From: Toensbergia leucococca
Lineage: Eukaryota
Length of the DNA stretch: 64,000 nt
Assembly (NCBI GenBank): GCA_022813965.1
Contig: JALDZS010000115.1
Span: forward strand, 1-64,000
Reading direction: 5' to 3'
Part shown: positions 36,812 through 50,186 of the stretch, piece after piece
Numbering within the stretch: position 1 is the stretch's first letter
Layout of the letters: each line of letters begins with the position of its first letter
Notes under the pieces: generated by a model
Database searches by the model: none
The model's input: only the letters and a program-made list of their open reading frames with translations
What the model was told of the DNA's origin: nothing
Made by a program: the position numbers and the translations under genes

Positions 36812-37211
36812 GATGCTGACAGACAGATATACTCCCTTGGGATGATGTCTTGAAAATTTAGCCAGAGAGGTGACCTAATAGATGAGCGATGAAAGTGATG
36901 CATGGTGGGAACAGAATGATATAGATCTAATTCAGAAGCCCAATCTGCAGAAGTGTCATAGAAATGGTCGCTCATCCTTTAAAGTTCCGATTACGGTTCA
37001 GACTTTACCGTGTTAACCATGTTCTCATAGGTCATTACCGTCTCTGTTCTCTTTACACCTCGACCACGCTTGTCATTTTTCTGGCTCTTTAGATGCGTTT
37101 TCTGTTGCGCATGTCACTGCAATCAAGTAGGTACACTACACAAGAAGTGCTCTGTGCACAGTTACATCCCTTGTGAGAGGATGATGGTCCAAGAAACAGG
37201 CCAATTGAGCC

Positions 37212-38631
37212 TTAGTAGCTTCTTGGAAGGTCCAAACCTTTCTCGCCAGTGTAGTTTAGGATCATTTCCTGCGGAGAATGAGCATGGTATCCATGTAAGA
37301 ATACTCGTGTCTATACGTGCCATACTTAGTGGATCCGTAGTACGAAGCATTTTCTCATGTACCTCTCAACACGGTATTCCTACACATATCCCATTCCTCC
37401 ATAAGTCAGTATATTAGAAGTTCTCAACTGCTTCCTTCAAGGTCATTGACAATGACGCACAGATTGTTCGCAACCAGTGAAAGCGGGCTCGGCAGCAATA
37501 TACTTTGCAGAATGACACGCTACCCAAATTGCACCTTTGCCTATGTCGGTGCGCTTTCTACTTTCGTCGCATATCCTAGCAGCATGATATATATCAAGCT
37601 TAGCGGCTTCAAGTTTTGTGTAGGCTGCAGCAAGAGGATATTGAAGACCTTGATTTTGACCGATAGGTCTGCCGAATACAACACGCTTTTGTGCGTACTT
37701 CGATGCTTTCTCCAGAGTTAGACAGCATTTGGCATTCATCCCATGGAGGACCTAAGAAGTTCAATTAGTATCAGACAGTACGTTGTTCTGAATCTACCGG
37801 AACTTCGTGTGATCTTGAATCCTTGCCTTTTCCTTCCTGTTGGAGTATACGTTTGTACTTAGTAGTTGTCAAAGACAACTTCGCTCACGTCAACGGCTCT
37901 CTCACCCATTTTCTCAGTCTTTCGAAGCTCCAGGCCTTGGGCATTTAAATCAAAGTCAACAAGAGCAATGAAAGGCCGTCTGAAGGTTTGCTGACTCCTT
38001 TCAACAGCGTCGTTCTGGAGAGTAAAATAATTTTTAGAGCCACTTGGGCCGAAAAACCCCAGATCTTCTAACCAGAAATATTCTAGTAGTCCTCATCATG
38101 TATAGCTTGTGTCCTGAGCTTCAGAGTGTCTAAATCAGTACTGCCAACGAAAGCCTGAGTCATTGCGCTTGGAGACTCATATAGTACGTTCTGACCTCGG
38201 TTCTGTTGCACCAAAGCATGCCTACCATTTGCGGCTAATGAGCCGTAGTAACGTCTCTTTTTTTGGTGCTGAGTCGCAAATCTGGCGACGGGCTGAGTGG
38301 CGTACACATTAGCATGTATAGACTGAGCTCCAGCCATACCAGCACGACTCTGGGAAATGGTGTGCAACATCAGGGTGGCTTCAGAAATACTGAGACCAGC
38401 TCCATTGAGGTCTTCAGGCAAAGCGATGCCAATCCAATTGTCTCTCGCAAGAGCTGCATGACAATCACGTGGATACTCGTCAGATTCATCGTGGTCTACC
38501 CAATAATCATTCAGAAGCTGGAACACATTTTTTCGATTGCTTCCCAAGCGTTTACTTGCTCTTGTGAGAAGCCAGTGAGCTCTATGATAAGAGAAGGAAC
38601 AGTGCAAGAAACGGGGCGAAGATGGGTACAT
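37212..38631 (-). pseudogene. Acyl-CoA dehydrogenase pseudogene
   Basis: Recognisable blocks WIGIALPEDLNGAGL, GAQSIHANVY, ACFGATEP, DLDTLKL, RVVFGRPIGQNQG, SAKYIAAE and ILNY...LPRSY* lie in different frames. In-frame TAG (KW*ACFG) near 38222. Confidence 0.85.
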
Positions 38632-38888
38632 GGTTGGAAGACTCGCCTCAACCCCAAGCAATGACGAAGAAGTGCCAAGGTCTCTCTGTAATAGTAACTT
38701 TGATGAGGAGCTCGAGAACATCATGTAAGCGTGCGAGAGTGTAAAAAAAAAGAACAAGTAGAAGAAGATATGAAGACTAGGAACGTGAGGTGTACCTGGC
38801 TCATCAAAGATTGAAATAATAGAGTGATGTAAGTGTTGGTGCAGGGATGCCACGGATCCCGATTAATTTTAGCGTGGTGTCTGGCAAA

Positions 38889-38896
38889 GTAAACAA
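38889..38896 (+). promoter_or_regulatory. Forkhead-type site GTAAACAA upstream of INCENP
   Basis: Exact Fkh/Sep1 consensus about 180 bp upstream of ATG 39075. Confidence 0.45.
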
Positions 38897-39074
38897 TGCG
38901 ACTTTGGACACTCGAAAAGAATCGAGTAATAGGTAATTTACTACACTAACCGACCACGATTATCTGTTTTTTCTTTGCCTGGTCGCATTTTATCCTCACA
39001 CGCCCGTGATCAAGAAGGTTACCATGAAAATGTGCTTATAGAGCAGCGGTATCGTCACTATCTCTCCTCAAACA

Positions 39075-42000
39075 ATGGCTACCCTACGTTCGAAAGCCCA
39101 AGTACTGGTCGGATCCACGCAATGGATTGTGGACGAGAGAGACCAGATCTCCCAATTCTCCAATCAAGAAGCAGAGGACTTTGCATTCTCTGCCCGTAAT
39201 GAAGTCGAATGGCTGAATGAGCATATGGCCGACATCTTCAGCAAGAATCAAGTGTAAATCAATCACGTCCGAGCTCCATTGAGCATGCTAACACTCTCCA
39301 GAAATGTGACCGAGATTTTCAAGACACCAGGGAAACTACGCGGGAAAACCCCAAGGACAACAAGGAAAAGGAATCCCCTGGAGGGTCGAGCTGTGCGTAT
39401 CAAACGTTTGGCATGCATGATGAACGCTGATGTGTTTAGCAGCCTCTTACTGATATTTTCTCTACGAATATCATGCCAAATAGCAGCCCTTCACACGACA
39501 CGAACTTTTACAAAGAAGTCGCCAAATTCCAAGTAGCCGAAGACACGATAGCGCCGAGTGTCCAAGTCAAAACTGGCAAGGGAAATACCGACTCAGGCTA
39601 TCATGGAATGACCGAAGACGAGATGGACATTGACGAAGTTCATACTGTGATAACACCATCTTCTGGCACACAAGTAGCCCCAGAAGCTAAGCAGGATGTA
39701 TCACCCAATCCGCCTGCCAAATCACAGACACACAAAAGCGGACATTCAGAAGATCGAAGCCCAACAGAAAAATCATTTCACTCGGCCAAGGAGGACATTA
39801 CCAACAGAGAGATCCCACCGAGCGCACCCAACGCGGCCACACGGAATGACGAAGGACACCTTGTATCTACAAAGTATGTAGCGGTGCTTCCACAACAACG
39901 CGTCGACAAGTCACCCTCACCACACCATATTACGACACACTCACCAATACAAAAACACCCTGTACACGAGATTATGGAAATCGACGGAAATCATCATGAG
40001 TCTATGCTAGAAGAAGACCATGACATTGACGGCTCCCACACGCCATCCCAAGGATCTAGCCCAGCTAAGCCCTTGATTCGGAAAGTCAGCCTCACATTTG
40101 CTTCTTTGCCACCCCGACCACCACTTGCGACGAAGAGAAGCATTGGAGGTCGAGAATCAAGAACTAGCCACCTGGATCAGTCAAAACCAAATATCATCAA
40201 CAGAGGCAGTTTTCTAGGACGATACACCGGCGGAAAGTCTCAAGGCAGCTTGCGCAAGCCTGAGACTGAGACCACCGAAGACGAAGGAAAAGATGACGAA
40301 ATGGACGTTGATGATGCAGAGATGCCGATACCCGCCCGGGAAGAATCTGATGGTGACACAAAGATAAGCAGGTTGCACAATCAATCATCTACGCAGCGCC
40401 TACACGATAGAATCAATATGCTAGGAAAGGCTCAGCCAGCTCGGCCAACTAAGTCAATCTCGACCACATTTGCTGTGCCTCAGCCCAGCTACCCTGAACT
40501 GCCAATCTCTACTGTGGAGGAACCTCGCTTCTCTGAACAAGCGTTTAGTGAGACGGCATTTAGTGATACATCGAACAATTTCGAGATTCATGCAATTGAC
40601 GACGACGATGATGATTGGATTCAGCCACCGACATTTCATGCAAACGGTCTTGAACGACCTGAACGACCTCAGCTCTTCAAAAGCACATCGGCGGATGTGA
40701 TGGAACAGATCCGAGGAAAAGATAGCATTGGAGGTAAAGACTTCGGGCTTATTCCGCACGAAAGAAATACGGCCAAACCACCGTCGCCTCTACGTCAGTT
40801 GGTGAAGCAGGACTGTCAGAGTAATGGCTCGCGACATTCAAAATCAGCCTCGACCTCTGCACTCTCGCCACCATTGAAAAATGGCAAGGACGTCGAGGCG
40901 AGACATCAAAAGACTATATCGGTATCGAATCCGGCTCTTGCATCAGTCCCTGGAATTGGTCATCCACTTCACCATGCTAATCCCGTAATTGGCTCTCCGT
41001 CCACAAAACGATATGCAGATGGGCCACTGAGCGCTTCCAAGTCAAAACTTCAGTCAATCATGAAGACTGCGAGGGGCTTGTTCACTAGCAGCGCTGGTGT
41101 TTCTGCTCAGGCCAAGATGGAAACTCTATCTCCTCATTCGATGCGAACACGAGGTCAAGCGCATGAATCTCGAATGATGGAGACCTTGAACAATGAACCG
41201 GGGCCTTTAGAAGTGACTGAGCACCTTTATCCTGAGCTACATCGTAGCCAGCAACCCAACAGTGCTACTACTGAGTACTCGAAAAGTCCTTCCAAACCTG
41301 CTGAAAGTCGAAAGACTAGGAGCTCTACTGAAAAGGAAGAGAAGAAGAGAGATAAAGAAGCAAAGCAGCGACAGCGCGCAGATGAACACCTCGACCGGGC
41401 TCGAGAGAAGGAACGGCAAAGGATTGCGGTGCAGAAAGTAGGGCAGGCGCCCATTTCTTTGGCAAAGAATGTAGAGAACCCGGATCTGGGAGATGCTGCA
41501 TCATTGACGACTGAGCAGTCATCAAAACCGACACGGCAAAGTCCGAGGCGCTTACAGAATCAACCAGAAGCTAAGAAGGGACTAGATACTCGTGAAGATA
41601 TGTCTGATATGGGTGGGCCAGCACAACCAATGGGGCCACCTTTGCCATATCCTCAGGTTCAAGCATCTCAGATACAGAAACCTAAGGATCTTCGCAGACC
41701 TATAAAGCCCGCCAAGGAAATAGCCCCCAAGCCTAAGCCGCAGCCTGTGGCAATCAGAGTCGGATTCCCCCAGCGAATTCCGTTGACCAACGCAGCATTG
41801 TCCTCTAGTCTACAGGAGTCACTCCCTCCACCGTTACCAAAGCAACCAGGCGTAGCCAAGAAAGCTAGCAATGCTTCTCTTCAGACCTCCGTTTCTAATA
41901 GTAGTCAAAAAAGTTCAGTCACGTCAGCGACGTCCAAACCTAAAGCACTCCTTGCGGCGGAACGGAAGAAGGAGCAAGTAAGTCTCAGGATACTACTTTG

Positions 42001-43302
42001 GGTCGAGTTATTAGTTGCTAATACGTTAAAAGGACGACAAGGAAGCGCAGCGTAAATTTGATCAGAAACGTGAGATTGAGCGAAAAAGAGCTGCTCAACA
42101 GGAAGAATATCGTCACCAAGAACAAATGCAACGCCAGGAAGTAGAGCGGCAACGAGAACGAGAGCGTGCAGCAGCAGCTGAAGATCCAAAGAAGACTGCA
42201 CAAAAGCAAGCTATTGAGAAAAGAAGGCTGGAAATGGGTAAGAAAGATCAACAACGCATGACCCAACGGCCACCAAATGATGCTGTAAGTGTTCAATTGA
42301 ATGCTTCACCCATAATGAATTGTTTTGCAAGAACTCATAGTATGCAGCAGGAAAAATTACAAGCTCCCACGACTCAACATCGAGGAGAGCTTGGTGGTGC
42401 GAGACCTGCTTCACGGCTTAACACCGTTCAAGATTATAGTAGGACCACTACTAACCATCACGCACCTAATCCTGGAAAGGCTCCAATTAAAAGGGTGTTC
42501 GACCCGGATATTGATGATGAGTCTGTAAGGCCTGTGCGTGTGCCAGCAGGGCCATCATATCAGCAATCAGATGCAAAGCGACGAAGAACAGAAAATGAGG
42601 ATGTGCAGGAGACAAACGTCCGCCCTACCATGGCTCCCCCAATACGGAAGTCAAATATTCGCAAGGTAATAAGATATGGTATCTCAAGTCGAGTTTCAAG
42701 CTAATGTAATGTAGGATGTGCTCAAATCAACTATCTTCAGCAACGGTTATACTACTGTAGCTCCATCTGCCGGAATCCACCATAATGCATCATCCATGCA
42801 GAAAGCATCCACAGTCAATCAAGTCTATCCTCAACAGCATCAGCACCAGAACCAAGGCCCTCGATCGGCCTACCCTGTGGACATGGCGAAGTACACAAAC
42901 GGCAAGATTCCCTTTGCCGAAGCGTCTAACCCTCCTCAACACTTTCCTAATGGAGACAACATACATCTCGAGGAAATTCCAACAGATAGTGAAGACGAAG
43001 ATTCCGAAGATGACAAGGCAAAAAACAAAGGCTCTAACTTTGCCGAGTGGGTTCAGAGTCCCAATTTGCGACAGATACTTATGGAGCAAGAAAACCAAAA
43101 TGCAGACGACATATTTGGTCCAGTAGGCTCGCCACATATGGAAGAGATGTTCAAAGACAAGAACAGGCATCATCGGTTCAGGGCGAGGACAAGTAGTGCG
43201 AATTGGAATGGTCCAGATCGGTTGACAGAGGAAGAGATCCGAAACGATATAGCCGGCCGAGATAAGATGAGAAAGGATGGCGGCTGGACTTTCGGACTAT
43301 AG
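39075..43302 (+). CDS. INCENP: Inner centromere protein INCENP (Sli15/Pic1), chromosomal passenger complex
   Basis: Multi-exon, introns approx. 39252-39301, 39393-39439, 41978-42031, 42285-42340, 42666-42715. N-terminal EVEWLNEHM...IFKTPGKLRGKTP, E/R coiled coil, C-terminal IN-box (EIPTDSEDE...WVQSPNL...IFG...MEEMF...RTSSANW). Confidence 0.92.
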
Positions 43303-43804
43303 AGATGACTCAACTTGGGATCTGCTTTGGTTACGCTTTGTGTGGGTGTGCTTTCAAAGTGCATTTCTAGCATCGTTGATGGAGATTGGGAGTACGGGAA
43401 TGGGTAAGGCTTTTGCGCTACTAAAGCAGAACGTTTACGATCCATTGCTGTTTGACAGCCAGGAAGCCTTTGTAATTAAGTTGGTTTCTGGATGGTCTCT
43501 AAGTGTTACACTTCATACGTCTTGAAAGACCTGTTCACTTTCTCGTCATCCTGTTGGTAAGATCATGCAAAACGTTTTCCTTCCACATTCCTTCCATACT
43601 CGTGAGATCCTGAGGAATCGCTACGCATCGCTTCGAGAATCGCAAAGCCCCCGAGACTGATGATATGTTTAGTCGATATTCTCAGGCAGGGAAGAAGACA
43701 CAGGGAAATGGCACCGTGTCTCCGAACCTGTTAGGGCTGCCCAACGCTTCCCAAGTATTTCGTCTTGGTGCAATATGTAGCTCCACCACCTCATCTGTCT
43801 CCAC

Positions 43805-44562
43805 TCATCTTGAGAATATGGGCTTTTTTATTCCACCTAGACAAGAATCAATCAGCCACCCAACCAAAGAGCTGAAAATAGCATGAGACAAAAAGGAAAC
43901 GACCCACCTTCTCTAACATACAACGTCCCATCCTCATCCCGACTCATGGTGTACATGATCTCCTTTGAAACATCCGTACACAACCGCATATACGTTCTCA
44001 CCATTGGTCTTTCACAATCCTCGCACTCGCACTTGCATATCCCCGCATTCAGCTTCAAATAGCAACAATGCGTGCACAACCGCTGCTCCCGCAACTCCCA
44101 CCGATCATGCTCCGCATCCTGCAGTTTCGCCACCGTCTGCGGAAAATGCAGCTCGCAGAACCGCTCCGCGGGACCCCGGCTCAGCATGTCTCGGCCCAAT
44201 TCACCGCAGGCGCCGCGGTGGCCGGCTCGGGGGTAGAATTTCTGCTTGCTGTGGCGGGTTTTGCAGAGGCAGCAGGCGTAGAGATTTTTTTCTTTGACGA
44301 GGCCCGAGGTTATGAGGGTGCAGAGGACGGCGTACTTGGCGCAGCGGGTTAGGATGCAGTAGCTTGGGGGGATGGCGCGGTAGAGGGTGCGGCTTGTTAT
44401 GCTGAGGATTTGGCGGGAGGAAGAGGGGAGGTAGGCGGTTATCTGGGAGAGGATTTCTGGGGGGAGCTTTTCGAGTTTGGAGGTTGAAGGGGTAGGGGTG
44501 GATGGGGGGGTGGGGCGGAAGAGCTTGTGGAGCCAGGAGGGGGTGCGGGGCTTGGATGTCAT
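43805..44562 (-). CDS. F-box protein with Cys-rich C-terminus
   Basis: LEKLPPEILSQITAYLP...LSITSRTLY F-box; CCLC, CTHC and CKCECEDC clusters. Probable intron 43907..43837. Confidence 0.7.
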
Positions 44563-44920
44563 GGCTGGAATCGTTTCTTGTTGGTTTTTTTTTTGGTATG
44601 ATGGCAGTGAAGTTTGTGGTGCAGAAGCTTGAAAGGTAGAGTTACTTTGGGCAACTTTAATCACCCGCGTGGGTGCATGGTGGAGGTGCGGTGCTGTGGG
44701 GGTGACTTCGATGGCTGAAATGGTGGGGTGGGGGGGTCGAGGGGTGAATCAAGGGTGGTCCGTGCTTTGACAGCCCTAAGGCTCGCTACCGCGCAAGAAA
44801 AATTGTGTATCCGTAGGGAATACAGAATCATTAAGCATTTGTCTCTTCACAGACTCTTATGGACATATTATGATTCAGGCATGAAATGCAGTTGCTAAGA
44901 AACGACTCACTGCGACGAGT

Positions 44921-46295
44921 ATGACACGTATCGAAGAGCTTCCTGACGACCCTGTTCGCTCCCTGAACCTCAACTCCGAACCATCCGCCTCGGACCTACC
45001 TTCGCAATCTTTACACGCGCTAAACCAAACCCCTTCCCATGAATCTGCTACATCTCCAGGCCTCTCTCCAGCCGCCATTTCCCAAAGCACGCCCTTCCCC
45101 CTCCCTCCCACTTCAAACTCCGATGGCGCACTCACCACCACCCCTCCCCTTCCCCCGCAAATGGCCTCCGTGAAATCCCACACAGTCGACGAAGTCGTCT
45201 CCATGATCCACCGAACCCCGCTCTTCATGACCTCCCTGGACGCTGACACGGCAGCCGACAACCCGGAACTCGACGCCATGCGCGCTCTCCTCTACGAAGG
45301 TACGCGAGCGGAAATCGCGCAAGGGTTCAGGGAGAGAGGGAATGAGATGGCCAAGGCTAAAAAGTGGGCCGATGGGAAGGAGCTCTATTCGAAAGGATTG
45401 GCGGCTCTCGGAGTTGAACGTAAGGAGGGAGAGGCGAATGGAGAGGCGGAAGATAGGAAGGAGGTGGAGATTGAGGAGGCTTGTTATATTAACCGTGCGT
45501 TATGTAACCTAGAATTAAGTATGTTTCTTGAAAACCGTCCCGTCACATACTTCCTGACGACCTCGATTCGCAGAAAACTACCGCTCCACAATCCTCGACT
45601 GCGCCTCTACCCTCCGCCTCAACCCCGTTAACATAAAAGCCCACTATCGCACCTCCCTCGCCCAAATATCTCTCCAGAACCTCCCCGCCGCCATCCTCTC
45701 CACGAATGAAGGCCTGGCCCTCTCCCCTCAAAATGGCCCCCTCCTCGCCCTTCTCGCAAAGATAACTTCCCTCCAAGCCTCCCTCGCCGCCACAGAGCGC
45801 AAACGCCTCGACCGCGAAGCCCGCACCAAACAGGAGCAATTAGTCCTCAAAGCCGCGCTCATCGCCCGAGGAATTCGCCTCCGTACTACAGCTCAACCCC
45901 CCGAAATGGAGGATGCAGCCATCCGGCTTGTGCCCGATCCCGTATCTCCAACCAGCACGCTCACTTTCCCCGTACTGCTGCTGTATCCCGAACACGGGCA
46001 ATCGGACTTCATCAAGGGCGTGGGGGAAGCGGAGACGCTGGGGGAGCATCTGGGGTATTTGCTCCCGTTGCCGTGGGATGGGAAGGGTGAGTATACTGTT
46101 AAAGGCGTGGATGGCTATATGGAGAGCGCAAAGGGCGGATTGGTGAAGGTGGGGAAGAAAGTGGAGCTATTGAGGGTGCTTGAGGGGGCCGGAGGGGTGG
46201 TGGCGGATGGGGTTGTGAGGATCTCGGTTGTGCCGAGGGGGCGGGCAGGGGCGTGGGTGGAGGAGATGAAGAGAAGGAAGGGAGCGGCAGGGTGA
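44921..46295 (+). CDS. CNS1: Hsp70/Hsp90 co-chaperone Cns1/TTC4 (TPR plus wheel domain)
   Basis: TPLFMT, AMRALLYEG, FRERGNE...Y..GL, YINRALCNLEL-KNYRS across intron 45519..45573; FPVLLLYPEHGQSDFI wheel domain. Confidence 0.92.
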
Positions 46296-46745
46296 GGTGG
46301 TGTGGTTGGGATGGTTGGATAAAGTTGGGCTTTGGGCCTTTGGACGGAAAATATTGGAAGCTATGTTGGGCCAAGAATCGAGCCTGGCGTGGCTGTTCCC
46401 GAAATCGGTCGTTATGCAAAATTTTTGCTAAATGCCCCGCGCCACAGGCCTTGAAAGCGAGCAGACGGCGGGTGACCGAGCGAGTGGGGCGGGGGAGGCC
46501 GAGGAGATGAATATCCGATTGAGGCGTTGAGGAAACCATCGCCTATGAATGCGTCATGTCGGGATGAAGGAGATATGTGGATAACGAAACGCACAAGGCT
46601 CAGCGCAAGGGTATTTTCGCCCTTGCATGCCTCCCCTTGGATAAAAATTACCAAGAAAATAACCCAAATGCCCTCCAATCCAAATCCAAAGCTCTCAAAC
46701 ACCGGTTTCCCTATCACCTCCCACCCCCCCCTTCCCACATCAATC

Positions 46746-47332
46746 TCAAATTAGCCCCTGCCCCTTCCCCTTGAACTCCGGCCACAACTCCCTTAACCTC
46801 CCATACATCTCTCTCAACCCCTCCGTTCCACCCTCCCCTTCCACGTCCGCGCTCGGCGCCTCCATAATCGCTGGAAACAGCGGTATTCTATCCGGCGGCT
46901 TGTGCGCTCTATCTGCGATAGAGGCGAGGTAGGCAAGGTTGGATTGCAGACGGCGCATGTACCTGGGGATTAAATATGCTTAGTACAGTCTTTGAATAAA
47001 CATTGGTCCTTGGAGGGTTCTTTGTGAGAGGGGGAAAGGGGGAGAGAAACTTACTCCATGTATTGCACCTTGCTAGCAGCGATTTTTGCGGGGGTGGGGG
47101 GTGGGGCTGTGGCGTCTTGTTTTTGGGCGGATTGGAGGGCGATTAGGGAGGAGAGGAGGGAGTGGTTTATGTCGAGGAGGGCGGTTACGCGTTGGGATTC
47201 GAGGGGGGAGGGGGAGGCGGGTGCGGGTTTGGGGTTTGTTGTTTGCGGGGGTGTTGTTGTGGTTGTGGGGGCTGCTGTTGGTGGGGGTATTTGTGGGACT
47301 GTGGGGGCGGGGAGGGAGGAGATTGTTGCCAT
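46746..47332 (-). CDS. Small SSXT/SS18-N-domain protein (SWI/SNF-associated-like)
   Basis: Intron 47054..46963. RVTALLDINHSLL...YMEYMRRLQSNLAYLASIAD matches the SSXT motif pattern. Confidence 0.7.
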
Positions 47333-48651
47333 GTTTTTGTTGTGGGGGGAGGATCGTTTTTGGTGGCTATGGGAAGTGCTTTTGGATGAAGTTGAAGGTT
47401 GGAAATTGTGTAGGGCTGAGGTTTTTTTGACAAACGTCATTGTGCATGGCTGGTACATGGGTTTTACTTCCCGTTCTGAATTTCCCCTTGGGCCTCCCTC
47501 AATACATATGGTGTCCTGTTTTTCATTAGATTCAACTAGGCTCAATTTTATCTGGTTCGGGTGGTTGTGATGGAGGCTCTGGGGGTGTTTCACGTCCATG
47601 CTGAATTTTGTGTGATGAAAATGATTTCATCGGTGATAATTTTCTTTTCGATGTTTGGTTTCCCGGTCTCTATCAAGTCGCCGTCTTTTCCCACTCTTAA
47701 TGCTGCAAATCTCTGGAAATTAGATTGCTTTCTCTTTCACCCAAGGACACGACGTCGCTCCAATCTTACTGTATTCCGTGTTTGTGTCTATGCTCCTTGG
47801 ACAGGAAGTGATAGTATATATTGACCACCGGGCGAGCCAAGGTTCTGGTCAGAGACTCGGGAGCTTATTCTCCCCACCGGTCCTCAGGGCTTCCCACATT
47901 GTTCAAACAGACGATCTAACTCAGCCTCAGCTCTCGGCTATCATGTTCCCTCAGAGTAATATAAGGAGGAATATAAGTCAAGACTAGACCAGATGCTATA
48001 ATAATCTTCTCCAACTGCTTCGAAATGACACAAAGGCTTCTTAGCTACGCCTTCTGAGACCCGTGAAGACATCCACGAGGTCTGGAATTGCATAGCACGA
48101 GCTCTAGGACTTTCAGACCCTCGAGAACTCGCAAGGCTACGAGATTGCACGGCATGCAGCACTTGAGCTGGGTTCTAGAAATGGCTTTCGGTTGGCGGAG
48201 CAGACGTCGCGGAGGAGGTTTCAAAGAGATTCAAGCCGCCGAAGGAGTAACATGTGCTAGATTTGCCCGCTGTGAGGGTGTTGTGTTTAGTAGAGAGCCA
48301 CGGATTCTTGTCACACTTGGTGACTGTTAGAGACAATAGCGAGCGGAGAGCGGACAATTCTGAAGCCTTCCCCATTCTCTCCTTGGGGTTTCGTATTTCG
48401 AACAGGTTGGATGGGGTCTCAAAGGAACGCTAGCATGTCTGGACAATAGAGTCTTCGGATGTGGATTGGCTTCTTGGAGACTAAGATCATTTTATAGATG
48501 GGAGCCGAGAGCTCTACAGGAAGACGAAGGAATGGGTACATCCAAGTCATTGAACAGAGATCCCATAGTCATATTACCTATCAGGACTCTCAGAAAGTTC
48601 CAAACAACTCTGGGATTAGAAGATAGGTGTACTAGGGCAAGGCCTTCAAAT

Positions 48652-48726
48652 TGAGTCATCGTAGACTCAATTTGGTTCTGCCCTAACATTGCTAAATCTT
48701 AAGCGAACTTGCCTTCGGATGAGTCA
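48652..48726 (+). promoter_or_regulatory. Two Gcn4/CpcA (cross-pathway control) elements TGAGTCA upstream of HIS5
   Basis: TGAGTCA at 48652-48658 and 48720-48726, 60-130 bp before ATG 48785. Confidence 0.65.
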
Positions 48727-48784
48727 AATACACACTCCGTATTCTGTAGAATTCGAGAAGTATCCTTCAAGTTTTAGGGACAAT

Positions 48785-50186
48785 ATGCCAGCTCGCAGTT
48801 CTCCTTTCAATCTTTCGACTTGTGCGAGACCCAACATTCTAGCACTACAGCCATACAGATGCGCTAGAGAGTAAAATCTTCAATCTGCCTAGGTTAAAGC
48901 TCATTGACTAATGTTACAGTGATTATAAAGACGATGGGTCCAATGTATTGCTTGATGCGAACGAAAATGCTTATGGACCTGGACTGGCCATTGCTCCAGA
49001 CAATCAATTATTGCCCGCTCAAAGAGGATTGGAATTCGATATCCTGAGACTGAATAGATACCCTGATCCGTACGTCACTCATCGTAGTCAGTCTTGGACG
49101 ATGCTCATCCCCTAACACAGGCATCAGGTGGAACTCAAGCAGTCACTTTGCACTTTACGCAACACAAACACGCATACATCTAAAGCGCTAAAACCGGAGA
49201 ACGTGTTTGTTGGTGTGGGCTCAGATGAAGCCATCGATGCTCTCCTACGATGCTTTTGTACGCCTGGTCGGGACAAGATACTCACGTGTCCTCCTACATA
49301 TGGCATGTACGCTGTAAGCGCCCAAGTCAACGATCTCGAAGTTGTGAAGGTTCCTCTAGACACTCAAAGGGCGTTTGCATTACGACCTGACGCTATTAAT
49401 GAGACATTGTCTAAGGATCCGTCGATCAAAATTGTATATGTCTGCTCTCCTGGCAATCCTACGGCGAACCTGATCTCGAAGTCAGACTTGCAGCAAGTTC
49501 TTGAGCATCCTACGTGGAACGGAGTAGTAGTGCTAGATGAAGCTTACATTGACTTCGCACCTGAGAGGTCTAGTCTTGCAGAATGGGTTAATGAGTGGCC
49601 AAATCTTGTGGTGATGCAGACTCTGAGTAAAGCATTTGGTCTTGCTGCCATAAGATTGGGCATGGCTTTCACGTCTCCGGAGATTGCTACACTACTCAAC
49701 AATCTCAAAGCACCGTACAACATATCGTCTCCTACCAGTGCACTGGCAAGAGCTGCATTACTCCCCAAGAATCTGGCGGTGATGAGAAACAACCGCGAAA
49801 AGATCGTCAAGCAAAGGGAGAGGATGCTGAAACAATTACCAGAGATCCCTGGTATCGGAAGATTCTTGGGTGGATCGGATTCAAACTTCTTACTGGTAGA
49901 GATACTCGGTAAATCTCGGGAGAAGGGTGGGAAAGCGAGTAATGAGGTGGCGATGGCAGTTTACGAAGCCCTGGCAGAAAAGAAAGGGGTTGTGGTGAGA
50001 TTTAGGGGTAAGGAATTTGGATGTGAAGGATGCTTAAGGATTACAGTGGGAACGGAGAAAGAAGTCGACACATTTCTAAGAGAGACCAGGAATGTTTTGG
50101 AAGATGTTTCAGGGGGTCAAATCGGAGCAAATGGAGGCCAAAGTGAGGAGATGAAAGAACGGGAAGCGAATGATGTCATTGCTTAG
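48785..50186 (+). CDS. HIS5: Histidinol-phosphate aminotransferase
   Basis: Introns 48871..48919 and 49070..49120. LLDANEN, NRYPDP, GVGSDEAID, SPGNPT, DEAYIDF and TLSKAFGLAAIRLG (PLP lysine). Confidence 0.97.
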
